From the NCBI RefSeq assembly GCF_006345805.1, contig NC_043007.1:14012001-14076000 (forward strand): 64,000 nucleotides of DNA. The letters are read 5' to 3'. Both the position numbers and the translations under genes were made by a program. The notes beneath the pieces are model-generated. The model did no database searches. It worked only from the letters and a program-made list of their open reading frames with translations, and was not told the DNA's origin. The DNA comes from Octopus sinensis (lineage: Eukaryota). This document shows, piece after piece, positions 51,561-64,000 of this stretch; within the stretch, counting starts at the first letter, position 1; every line of letters starts with the position of its first letter.

Positions 51561-52446
51561 CTGTATTATTAGTATTGTATACTCGTGATGCTTATAATAT
51601 CCGTAATTATTACTTCAAATCTAGCCGCCTGAATCATCTGCCAAGAACCTTAATTATTACCTCCATTATATACCACCCATGTGAATACTCCAGCCTTGAA
51701 TCACTCGTTAATATTTACACACAAGAGAAATACATCTCTTCCCAGTTTATTCCTGATATATATGTTATTATGTACATGCATACGCACATATACACACCCT
51801 GAATGGTATATCAATTTACAGCGCTGGAATTATAACTGTAGACTTGATAGAAGAAATGCGAAGAAACTTCCCGTTTAGACAACCAACTCCTCTGTTATTT
51901 TCTCTTTCTCTTTGTCGCTGTCATCCACTCTCTTCTCTCCCTTCCCCACTATCTCTATCTCTCTATCTATCTATCTATCATTCTCTTTCTCTAACGCCCT
52001 GTGTCTCTCGCTTTCCGTCCTAATCTTTCTCTCTTACCTTCTCTTCTTCACTGCCCCCATCTCCCACTCACGCCCCCGCCATTTTCTCAGTTTCTCAAAT
52101 AACTTTCACTTTCTATTTATAATACTCGCCTTTCCAAAGCCTTAAGTGTCTATAAACATTCGTACATAACTAAGCACAAGCGCTCAAATACACGCACGAT
52201 TACAGCGCGCGCACACACATACAGGCACACATGTATAAACACACACACACAACACATATATATATATGTGTGTGTGTGTGTATATATATATACATACATA
52301 TATATTATATTATTTATATAAATATAAATAAATATTTTGAAGTGAAAAGATTTACAGATTTTTTCTCTTATGAGGTTTTTCACGCTAACTACTTGATAAT
52401 TTCTCATTAAAATTTCTTATTAAGATTTTATCCTATTTTTTAAATT

Positions 52447-52519
<73 letters not shown>

Positions 52520-52528
52520 TATATATAT

Positions 52529-53793
<1,265 letters not shown>

Positions 53794-53967
53794 ATAATAT
53801 AATACACACATATATATACAAATATATATATATATAGTATGTAATATGCTTTATTTAAAGCAGCAGAAAATTCAACAAAAAAAAAAAAATTCACATTTAT
53901 GTGTTTACTCCGGTATATAGTATATATATATATATACATACATCAACACATACAAATATATATATAT

Positions 53968-54320
53968 ATCATCATCATCATCATCGTTTAACGTCCGCTT
54001 TCCATGGTGGCATGGGTTGGACGATTTGACTGAGGGCTGGCGAACCAGATGGCTGCACCAGACCCCAATCTGATCTGGCAGAGTTTCTACAACTGGATAC
54101 CCTTCCTAACGCCACCGGCACGAAGGCCCATCAAGCAATGCTGGCAACGGCCACGCTCGAAAATGGTGTTTTTTACATGCCACCTGCACAGGAGCCAGTC
54201 CAGCAGCACTGGCAACGACCTCGCTCGAATATCTTTTCGCGTGCCACCGGTTACAAGTGCCAATAAGACGACGCTGGTAACGATCACGCACGAATGGTGG
54301 TTTTTACGTGCCACCATATA
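53968..54320 (-). mobile_element. Retroposon 3' end with (TGA)n tail, RTE-like
   Basis: (TCA)n then TCGTTTAACGTCCGCTTTCCATG..CATGGGTTGGACG; RTE assignment from tail type is inference. Confidence 0.6.
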
Positions 54321-55122
54321 TATATATATATATGCATACTCATATATACAGACACTGACTCACGAATAGATACCAGTGTCATCATTCTTCCCGGCCACCA
54401 TTAAGTTTCTGATGAAAAGCAGTTCCCGAAAATCTACGCTCGAAATTGCTCACGGCTAATTAACTTTAACCTCTGAAGTTTCCTATCAACTGACTTTTAT
54501 TGTGGCAGACCAGAGTTAATGGGTTGAACTACAACCATCAGATAGGACTGCCTTTCAGAACTGCACAATACCTTGTTTTATTTATTTATTTATTTATTTA
54601 CTTATTTATTTGTTAGGTTTCATTCTGCATTTTTTTTTATTTCCAGTTATTTCCTTGTAAGATATTTCATTTTAAAATTAAAGATTCTTTTACTAGATAT
54701 CGTATAAAAACTTATCACCTGAGTAAATTAGAACAGGAATGCAGGTAATCTTTTCCTTGAATATGTTAAATGCATGTGTTTGCTAGCACATCTGCAAATT
54801 TTCTGGCTTGCACGCTTCTTATAATTACTCACACACAAACACAGACACACATCGAAAGTTACATATTATGTATGTGTGAAGGTGCGTAGCCAAGTGGGCA
54901 GAAAGTTGCACTCACAATCGAAAGAATGGGGTTTCGAATCCCAGAAACGTTTGCTTTCACGTTGCTCCAGTTCACTAAACTTAAAATGGGTAGCAGTGCG
55001 ATGGATTGACGTTCTGTTTTTCGAGGGTGAGGTATGTTGGCATGCCCGCCAAGCTTGCAGGACGACATCATTCGAAAGCTACAACAACGCGATAAAGCGC
55101 ATTGTAACCAGTAGTGTATATA

Positions 55123-55210
55123 CAGCAATCCCTCGACTATCGCGGATGTTACGTTCCAAAAACACCCGCGATAGGTGAAAATTCGCGAAGTAGAAACAGT
55201 ACTGTACTGT
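55123..55210 (+). mobile_element. Tigger/pogo-like TIR fragment
   Basis: TA-CAGCAATCCCTCGACTATCGCGG start typical of pogo/Tigger MITE termini; no partner TIR found. Confidence 0.5.
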
Positions 55211-55261
55211 ATATTTTTCTTTTTTTATTTTTATAATTTTTATATCTCTTTTTTACTATCT

Positions 55262-55678
55262 CTTTTTTAATTGCTTCAGTCATTTGACTGTAGCCATGCT
55301 GGAGCACCGCATTTTAGTCAAAGAAATCGACCCCAGGACTTATTCTTTGTAAGCCTAGTACTTATACTATCGGTCTCTTTTGTCGAACCGCTAAGTTACG
55401 GGGACGTAAACACACCAGTATCGGTTGTCAAGCGATGTTGCGGGCCAAACACAGACACACAAACGTATACACACACACACACACACATATATGTATGTAT
55501 ATACATATATATGACGGGCTTCTTTCAGTTTCCGTCTACTAAATCCACATCACAAGGTTTTGGTCGGCCCGAGGCTATAGTAGAAGACACTTGCCCAAGG
55601 TGACACGCAGTGGGACTGAACCCGGAACCATGTGGTTGGTAAGCAAGCTACTACTTACCACAGCCACTCCTACGCCTA
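55262..55678 (-). mobile_element. SINE family B
   Basis: Full-length reverse-complement copy. Confidence 0.9.
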
Positions 55679-56067
55679 TATGCATATTTATTATAAACGC
55701 AAAAGAACACCACGGAGGAATCGACGTAAGCTTAATAATAAACCACGATATGTGAACTGTGATATGACGAGAGATAATTGTACAACAGAATCCGATAGCC
55801 CGATCGATACAGTGACAAAGAAACAACCAATTATCTTATGAACTTCATTAACTTGGAGCTGTTTCACAGCCGTAAGCTAATGAACTAATCGTTTGTTTCT
55901 TTGTCTTTTCTTTGCTCTTATTATTGCTCCGTGCTCGACTAACACTTCGCTCAGAGAAGCCTACAAATTAGTTCTACACCTGGTAGTTAGTATATCGCAC
56001 CGTTTTAGGACGTAGTTACATTATGATCTGTCTGTGGAATTTATGCTTTTGTCTTATATTCTGAATA

Positions 56068-56655
56068 TATATTTCTTTACTACTCACAAGGGGTTAAACA
56101 TAGAGGGGACAAACAAGGAACAGACTAAGGGATTAAGTCGATTACATCGACCCCAGTGCGAAACTGGTACTTTATTTTAATTGACCCCGAAAGGATGAAA
56201 GGCAAAGTCGACCTGGGCGGAATTTGAACTCAGAACGTAACGACAGACGAAATACCTATTTCTTTATTACCCACAAGGGACTAAACAGAGAGGGGACAAA
56301 CAAGGACAGACATAGGTATTAAGTCGATTACATCGCCCCCAGTGCGTAAATGATACTTAATTTATCGACCCCGAAAGGATGAAAGGCAAAGTCGACCTGG
56401 GCGGAATTTGAACTCAGAACAAAGCGACAGACGAAATACCTAAGGGGCTAAACACAGAGGAGACAAACAAGAACAGACAGACGGGCTAAGTCGATTACAT
56501 CGACCCCAGTGCGTAACTGGTACTTAATTTATCGACCCCGGAAGGATGAAAGGCAAAGTTGACCTCGGCGGAATTCGAACTCAGAACGTAGCGACAGACG
56601 AAATACCGTTAAGCATTTCGCCCGGCGTGCTAACATCTCTGCCAGTTCGCTGCCT
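56068..56655 (-). mobile_element. SINE family A trimer
   Basis: Three body units, junctions at about 56250 and 56433, single head at 56610-56655. Confidence 0.88.
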
Positions 56656-56695
56656 TATTTTGTCTTTTATTCTGAATATATACATTACTCTAAAG

Positions 56696-57587
56696 CAGGG
56701 TTTCTCAACCATTTATTTTTTTTACTAATGGACCCCTTACTATTTTATTCTGGTAGATCTCCATAGCCATTCGATATTTAAAACTAGTTTTGTATTGGGT
56801 TGTCCGGAAAGTTCGTGCCGATTTTTAAAGGAAAGTAAAAGGTCAATAAATACTTGCCATTACATTTTTCATCAACCAAATATGAACCATTTTGTTGCAC
56901 AATGCGTCTCCATCTTTCCTTTAACTTGAAAATACGCTCTTCCCAGAATTGAGCTGGTTTCATCGCAAAGAATTCATCAAGGTATCATTTTATGTCATCC
57001 AAGGAATTGAAATTTTTACCATTAAGACTATTCTGCAGAAACCTGAATAAGTGGAAATCCGAAAGAGCAATATCTGGTGAATGTGGAGGGTGGGGTAACA
57101 CATCCCAGCCGAGCTGCAGCAACTTTTGTCTGGTTCCCAAAGCATCAAGCGCCGAAAATGAACTTTCTTATCTTCCATTTTAAAGGGTTACAGAATTAAC
57201 ACAGGTTATAGGAACATAAATCTTCTTCCACGAAAAGAGAGCTTAAAATGTGCCCTAAATGGAGGTGTAGTGAAATCCTATTTTATGGACCCAACCACGT
57301 TCTAAAATAAGTCGAAAGGTAAACTATTATAAATCGACATGAACTTCCCGGACAACCCAACAGAAACTACTTTTAAAATTCCTATTTTGTTTTTCTAACT
57401 TGTGTAGGTTGAACTAAGTAAAACGTTAAAGTAACATAACTGGGTTTTTTTTGCGATACAAACCAATACATACATCTAAAGCAAAAATTTACTATTGCAG
57501 ATCCACAATTTATTATTTGTTGTGTGAACCCCCAAAAGTCTTAAATGGACCCTCAGGGGCCTTATAGACCCCAGTTGAGAACTGCTG
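56696..57587. mobile_element. hAT (Charlie-like) MITE with 8-bp TSD, interrupted by a mariner
   Basis: TIRs CAGGGTTTCTCAAC / GTTGAGAACTGCTG; TSD CTCTAAAG at 56688-56695 and 57588-57595. Confidence 0.88.
56795..57360 (-). mobile_element. Internally deleted mariner with both TIRs
   Basis: TIRs TTGGGTTGTCCGGAAAGTTCGTGCCGATTT / AAATCGACATGAACTTCCCGGACAACCCAA with TA/CA flanks; MEDKKVHFRRLML (ATG 57178) fused to QKLLQLGWDVLPHPPHSPDIALSDFHLFRFLQNSLNGKNF. Confidence 0.93.
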
Positions 57588-58047
57588 CTCTAAAGGATAA
57601 TCTAACTGAGAGTGAGCTCAGTGTTTAATATTATTTTAATCATGTTGGTAAACATGGGAGATAACTCAAGACATATATCCGTGCTATTAGACCTCCTCAG
57701 CTTCATGGTACTGGTTTAAGTTGTGGGAGAGAATGAGTTCGTAGATGCACCATATTGTACGTGAGTAAGTGTGAAAACTTAACATATTTAAAAGTAAATC
57801 TCTGATGCTAGTTACTCAGAGATATTATCTGCATTAAAAAAAAAACAATAAAGTTGGTGTTGACATATATGATGCTGTGAGCTTTGAAAACGTAATTAGA
57901 AGGAATTATGAGTAAAAGATAACATTAGTTTAATAAAAAAAAATATTATTTTAATCATAATATACTCTCAAACAGAAAGTTCTTTCTTACTCAGATCTCT
58001 CCGTTTCTCTGTCTTTCTGCCTCTATCTCTCTCTTTCCTTATATATG

Positions 58048-58102
<55 letters not shown>

Positions 58103-58105
58103 GTA

Positions 58106-58143
<38 letters not shown>

Positions 58144-58234
58144 CGTATACATATGTATATACATATATATATATATACATGTATACATAAGTATATATAT
58201 ATATTATATATATACACGTATATATATATATATG

Positions 58235-58271
<37 letters not shown>

Positions 58272-58315
58272 ATACGTATAGTTATATATGTACATATACA
58301 CACATACATATTTGA

Positions 58316-58353
<38 letters not shown>

Positions 58354-58547
58354 TATGTGTGGTGTGTGTGTGTGTGTGTGTGTTGTGCGTGTGTGTGCGT
58401 GTGTGTTACTCACAAACGCGATAGTTTCAGACGTTACGCAAAGACTAAACAAGTCTTCAGAATTCTTCGCAAGAACTTATCAGATAGAGAGAGGAATAAA
58501 TATTTCTATGTTACAATATTTCATTTTGGTTCAAACGTGTTGCTGGT

Positions 58548-58840
58548 GTGATGACAGTGGTGGTGGTGGTGGCGGCGGTGGCGGCGGCGACGGCGGTGGT
58601 GGCGGCGGCGACGGCGGTGGCGGCGGCGATGGCGGTGGTGGCGGTGGTGGCGGTGGTGGCGGTGGTGGTGGTGGTGGTGGTATTGATGGTGGTGGTAGTG
58701 GTGGTGGTGGTGTATGGAGTTGTATTGTTGCTTATGTTTATACTGATGTTGCTGATAAGGATGTATTGTTGTTGATGAATATAGAACCGTTGATATTGGT
58801 GATGCTGGCGGTGCTGGTGGTGGTGAAGAGGTGCTGGTAA
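58548..58840. repeat. (GGT)n/(GGC)n trinucleotide tract
   Basis: Directly visible. Confidence 0.9.
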
Positions 58841-59249
58841 TGGCTGTTTTCCTCTTTGTTTATTTTCCCGTTCTAATACAGGAGCCAAATATTTGCTTTG
58901 TATCTTCATCTGTTCATCTCAACATGAAATTATATTTATTATCGTATATAAACGGCCAGAATAGTACTTTGCGTCTGTTGGTGTGTGAGTCTGTCAGAGA
59001 TAAACAACAGAGCTTGAGAGACGATGGAGAGAAGGGAATACGCAGAGAAAGAGAGAGAGAAGAGAGAGAGAGAGAGCATGCAAGTGAAGGAATAAGTATG
59101 GCTAACATATTATGTAATTCGAGAACGAGAGGTAGATTGTTTTATTGCTCACACACACACACGTAAAAATTTTCTGTTTATCTATGTGTGTGTTTGTATA
59201 TATATATGTGGTGTGTGTGTGTGTGTGTGTGTGTATAAAACCAAATAAC

Positions 59250-59291
<42 letters not shown>

Positions 59292-59850
59292 CAGGGTGCG
59301 ATGGATAAATTGTCACCATTTTATATTTTTAATTTCGAGTGTACGCATTGGGATTTTTTTTTTATTTTGCCGACTACACAGTATAGTAGGGTCAGTTGGG
59401 CACCGTCTGTGAGAAAAACAGCACCTTGACGCAATTCACTATGCCAGAAATTTGGAAACGACATGCTGTACTGCTTGGCATTCGCACCGGAAGCTCTAAT
59501 ACGCACAATTCAGAGTGTTTGGGTGTTAAGATGAGCACAGCGCAATCTGAAGACATGTACCAAGAATGATAAAAAATCAAACATCTAGTCAACATCATGA
59601 TGTTTGGAATGATCACTAGTAATGGCGACGTTATGCCTCCATTCGGCATCCCACTCGGCCTCAGCCTCGACCCCGCGGCTTACATTAAGTACTTGGAGGA
59701 GTTAGAGCTGCTGGAAGACCCTATGTCTGGCAACAGGACTCTGCACCATGTCATACAAGCAGGAGAACCCAGTCATGACTGTCAGACAATTTCTTCGACC
59801 ACATTACCCCTAACATCTGGCCACCTAACTCCCTAGACTGCGACCCGTTG
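59292..59850 (+). mobile_element. Tc1/mariner DD37D (maT-type) relic, internally deleted and 3'-truncated
   Basis: TA-CAGGGTGCGATGGATAAATTGTCACC TIR; MPEIWKRHAVLLG (59441), MMFGMITSNGDVMPPF, PYVWQQDSAPCHTSRRTQS*LSDNFFDHITPNIWPPNSLDCDPL (37 residues follow the QQD aspartate up to the expected third D position). Confidence 0.85.
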
Positions 59851-59989
59851 TGGTTCGAATAGTAGTGATTGGAATTGTTCTGAATAAATTTATGTGAAGT
59901 AATTGTTTAAATCATATCATTTTTAATATATGCATGTGTATTATTCCAAGGCCCTGGTAATAGTGTCATTTGTGGTGGATGCAATCAAA

Positions 59990-60980
59990 AGTGAAAAAAG
60001 TGACTCTTTATTAATGTGCTGACTACAGGTTGTATCGTCTCTGAATTGATAGAGGGGGAAAAATTCTAAAGCTGGGTTGTTTGTTATTGGCGCAGATGTC
60101 GATGTGTTCGCTGAATGCTATTTTTCTGTTTTTCGGAATTTTAATTTGGGATCTGTCAGAGCCATCCTTTGACGCAGACTGTTTTTGGTTTGGCCTATGT
60201 ATTGCCCATGACACCCAAAGCAGGTTAATTCATATATCAGGTTCTCCGAAGCACATGTGAAGTTGCTTTTCACTGTGAAACGTTGACCCTGTTTGAAAGA
60301 GAACTCTGATCCCTCAATTGGGTTGATACATATACCACAGTTAGGCCTTCCGCATTTTTTACTAACGGCTTCAGTGTTGTTGTTGAGCGTAGTCGGGCTT
60401 GTGTTAGGAGACTTTTCATAGATTTGAGCTGTCTTTTGCTCTTTATGATGGTGTGCGTTTAGCGGATTAAATTCATTCTGTGGTCCCTTTTTAGTAGGGG
60501 AATGTTTTGGAGGATGGTGTCGAAGGCTTCATTGTTAAGAGGGTTGTGTGTGGAGATGTATGATAGGGTTTTTGATTGTAAATCCTTCTTTAATTTGTGA
60601 TATATGAGTTCGTGGATGTTGAGTTGTAGGGGACGTTGAAAGTATATATCAATTAGTGATGGTGGGCAGTTCCTGGTGATGACTGTATCCTTTAGTTCAT
60701 GTAGCCGTGTGTCCCTCGTGCTTGTATTAGAAACTATAGTATAAATTCATTTTACTAGGTTGAAGGGGATATTCATTCTAGTGTGTCTGGGGTGGCATGA
60801 GTTGAACGGTAGATATTCCTTGGAGTCCGTGGGCTTATAGTATATATCTGTTTCTATTACGTTGTCAGATTTTCTTAATGAGGATGTCGAGGAAAGGAAG
60901 TTGTTGATGGCTATTTTCCATCGTGAATTGAATGTTTACGTCAAGTCCATTTATAAGTGCTTGCAATTCTTTAAGTCTCT
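59990..60980 (-). mobile_element. Degenerate Penelope-like element 3' fragment (RT thumb + GIY-YIG)
   Basis: Minus-strand peptides INGLDVNIQFTMENSHQQLPFLDILI, IETDIYYKPTDSKEYLPFNSCHPRHTRMNIPFNL and CFGCHGQYIGQTKNSLRQRM. Confidence 0.9.
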
Positions 60981-61004
60981 CTATACCTTCATATATATAT
61001 ATTG

Positions 61005-61228
61005 GTTTCAGATTTTGGCACAAGGCCAGCAATTTCGGGGTGGTGGTGGCGGTGATTAGTCGATTGCATCGACCCCAATGCTGAACAAGGTACTTGTTTT
61101 ATCGACCCCGAAAGGGATGAAAGATAAAGTCGACCTCGGTGGAGTTTGAACTCGGAACGTAAAAACGGACGAAATGCCACTAAGCATTTTGTACGGCATG
61201 CTAACGTTTCTGCCAGCTCGCCGCCTTA
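61005..61228 (-). mobile_element. SINE family A (alternative tail)
   Basis: GGCACAAGGCCAGCAATTTCGG..CTGCCAGCTCGCCGCC. Confidence 0.85.
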
Positions 61229-61513
61229 AAAACCAAATTTAATATTGCAATAAGTTTAGGATGTCGATATATTTTACAGCGTGTAATATCTCAGATATCA
61301 TGATGAGAAAAAGAACCTCTGTGCTATCAAGTTAGTATCACATGCTTTCGCGGGTATTTTGTGTTGAGCTAACATCTCCAAAGATACGTTGAAAAGAGTA
61401 GGAACATAACATATAATTATATAATTGCATTTGAAAGACAAAACCACCTCCTTTTAGAACAGTTGTGTAATCTTTAGAGATTCATATGCACGTTCAAGGT
61501 AATATATATTCAT

Positions 61514-61558
<45 letters not shown>

Positions 61559-63364
61559 GCATGTATGTATGTACGTATGTATGTATGTATGTATGTATGT
61601 ATGTATGTATGTATGTATGTATGTATGTATGTATGTATGTATATGTATGTGTGTATATATATATATGTACATGTTTATATATACATATATATGTGTGTAT
61701 ATGTGTGTGCATATGTATGTAGGTATGTATGTAAGCGTGTTCACATACACAACATACACGTACAACAGTTTATCCACCTAGACAGATAGTTAGATATGTG
61801 TGTGTGTATGTGTGTCTGTACATGTGTGTGTATGTGTGTGTACGTGTGTGTGTATATATATTTATATATTATATCATATATATGTGTGTGTGTGTATGTG
61901 TGTGCGTTTGTTTGTTTGTATGCATACATGTATGTATGTATGTATGTATGTATGTATGTATGTATGTATGTATGTATGTATGTATGTATGTATGTATGTA
62001 TGTATGTATGTATGTATGTATGTATGTATGTATGTATGTATATGTGCTTACGCATAAGAGTATATATTTTCTGGAGCTGGTATTACGTTTTAATATTTCA
62101 TAAGCATCTTGAGGTTTTCACCGTGTTTCATCCTGTTTGGCACGCCAACCATTTTCGGTCATTGACTCATAACTGGTTGCCATATTGACTACCGATTTGT
62201 ATCTGGCCAAGAAACTGCTATCAGTGGTTCGCAACCACCCACCGACTCGGTATCCGCAATATAAAGGCTATGGTCTGAAGACACTTACCCAAGCTACCGC
62301 ACTGTGATATCGAACCCGAAAACATGTCCTTACGAAGTGGCTATTTGAACCTCACTGCTATGTCTGCTCCTCTGCTTAAGGCTTACTCCTCCGTCCTATT
62401 CTGTTGTATAAACCTATGTTTTATTGCTACAGAAGTTCATCAACTGTTTTATGAAGACCTCAGTAGCCCGTGGCCGATTTGTCCATGCTAGTTGTAGGCT
62501 TATCCATTCACATCTACCAACTGAAAGTTGGATTGAGTGCTCCATTGATCGGGCGAGAAACTGAACTTCGCAGTCAGCGTCGAAACGTAATTTTAACTTA
62601 GAACATAAAAGAACCAGAGCAAATACAGCAATGATTCCATCCAATTCTGTAACAACATTTCAATTTCTATTTGCTACATTTATTAACCGTGAAAGACTGG
62701 GAGGAAATGTTTGGTATCGATTGGATTTAAACTCCAAGCTCAGAAAACTGCAAAACAGATTAACTACTGCGCTATCGACTCTGTCAATTTGCCTAAATTT
62801 TACCCATGATTAAAATTTATCTAACAAGGAAATAGAAATGTGGTGGGTTGCAAGAATCTTCCGTGTGATTTCTCGTCACTATTGGTTACAGACGGAATTA
62901 TTCAGCCAGTCACTTTGATTTATCCAATGCTAAGAAAGCTCTGAGACGATTCGAAATTCGTTGCTTAATAATAATAAGTACCATAACAATTACTACTAGT
63001 TCAGTATCTACCAAAGAGTCGTTCTTTCTCTCCAGATATTTGTTAATTCCATAGCTCTCAGGCAACAAGCTCCTGACAAGTTATACATGTTCGTCATGCA
63101 CAGTGCAGCCTATTTTGACCATTTCTTTTTCAGAAGATGATAGGTTCCCCGAAAGACGATGAAAACGTTTCTTCGTGATCGCTCAACCAGCTATATAGTC
63201 AAATTAATCGAAAATTGCACTTTACTCTCTTCCAAATAAATGATACATTTGACAATGTAGACTCAGATATACAAAAAGATGAGATATACTGACTGGAATC
63301 ATTTAACCGTAGATCTGCTCAATCAGGACTGACATGCAGTTAGGTATCTTCAACAGCAACTACA

Positions 63365-63745
63365 GTGGAGGCGCAATGGCCCAGTGGTTAGGGCAGCAGA
63401 CTCGCGGTCGGAGGATCGCGGTTTCGATTCCAGACCGGGCTTTGTGTGCGTTTATTGAGCGATAACACCTAAAGCTCCACGAGGCTCCGGCAGGGGGTGG
63501 TGGCGACCCCCTGTTGTACTCTTTCGCTCCAACTTTCTCTCACTCTTTCTTCCTGTTTCTCGTCCCCGACTTCCTACGCAACCGCTGAGCTTGGATGCGC
63601 ATTCATCCATCCGTCGATGCTCTCGGTGTCGGGGGTTGACATGCTTTCTCTTCTGCGGGTCTTACGAAAAGCAAAGGACCACGTTTCGGACTTCTCCCAC
63701 TAATGGGACGAAGACCGCTTCGCTCAACAAACAAACAAACAAACA
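63365..63745 (+). mobile_element. SINE family D head with a third tail type, (AAAC)n end and 13-bp TSD
   Basis: GTGGAGGCGCAATGGCCCAGTGG head; TSD AACAGCAACTACA at 63352-63364 and 63746-63758. Confidence 0.9.
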
Positions 63746-64000
63746 AACAGCAACTACAACTGCTCTTAACATACAAAGCTTTCTATGATGATCCAAATGA
63801 CAAATGGACTTCCCAATGCGTTTTCACTTTAGATTGAAAGAAATACTATTGCGTGGATTACCCAAAAATAAAGTACAGTCGGAAGGGAATTAATGATAAA
63901 TCTTCTCTGCTATGGGTTGAAGTCGTAAATTTGTTTCCCTTCATTTAGGGTACTGAATTTACTGAATTTATATCAAATTTGTAAACTTAGGAAAAAAATT

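Noticed and set aside
58322-58909. Glycine-rich or threonine/alanine-rich ORFs
   Set aside because: (GGT)n/(GGC)n tract flanked by (TG)n with no splice or homology support
63040-63130. SYGI motif suggesting CR1/L2 reverse transcriptase
   Set aside because: Only a 4-residue resemblance with no flanking RT motifs

Overview
This is AT-rich, microsatellite-dense eukaryotic DNA that is almost entirely repetitive. The tRNA-derived/CORE SINE families and the (TA)n/(TACA)n/(GATA)n load point to an octopus genome (inference, not verified). No intact protein-coding gene is identifiable, and nearly all ORFs in the track are microsatellite or SINE read-throughs. Recognisable protein relics: two degenerate Penelope-like retroelements (RT + GIY-YIG, 7130-9060 and 59990-60980), two mariner relics and a DD37D/maT Tc1-mariner relic. 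Also present: a hAT MITE with 8-bp TSDs carrying a nested mariner, two non-autonomous Helitrons, about 40 SINE copies from at least four head/body types, an 86-bp satellite of about 22 copies, a 21-bp higher-order minisatellite and one 100-N gap. Most notable: (1) a TSD-bounded chimeric retro-insertion of a CCA-ended tRNA-Asp fused to a SINE dimer (34163-34683); (2) three related minimal type-I hammerhead-ribozyme-like motifs (one at a Penelope 3' end, two solo) plus a weaker fourth; (3) many (TA)n-anchored fold-back elements that may be non-autonomous Penelope passengers; (4) SINE multimers with a fixed junction, and tail swapping between SINE families. Weak candidate host exons lie near 716/1086 (+), 6229-6837 (+) and 45465-45657 (+).
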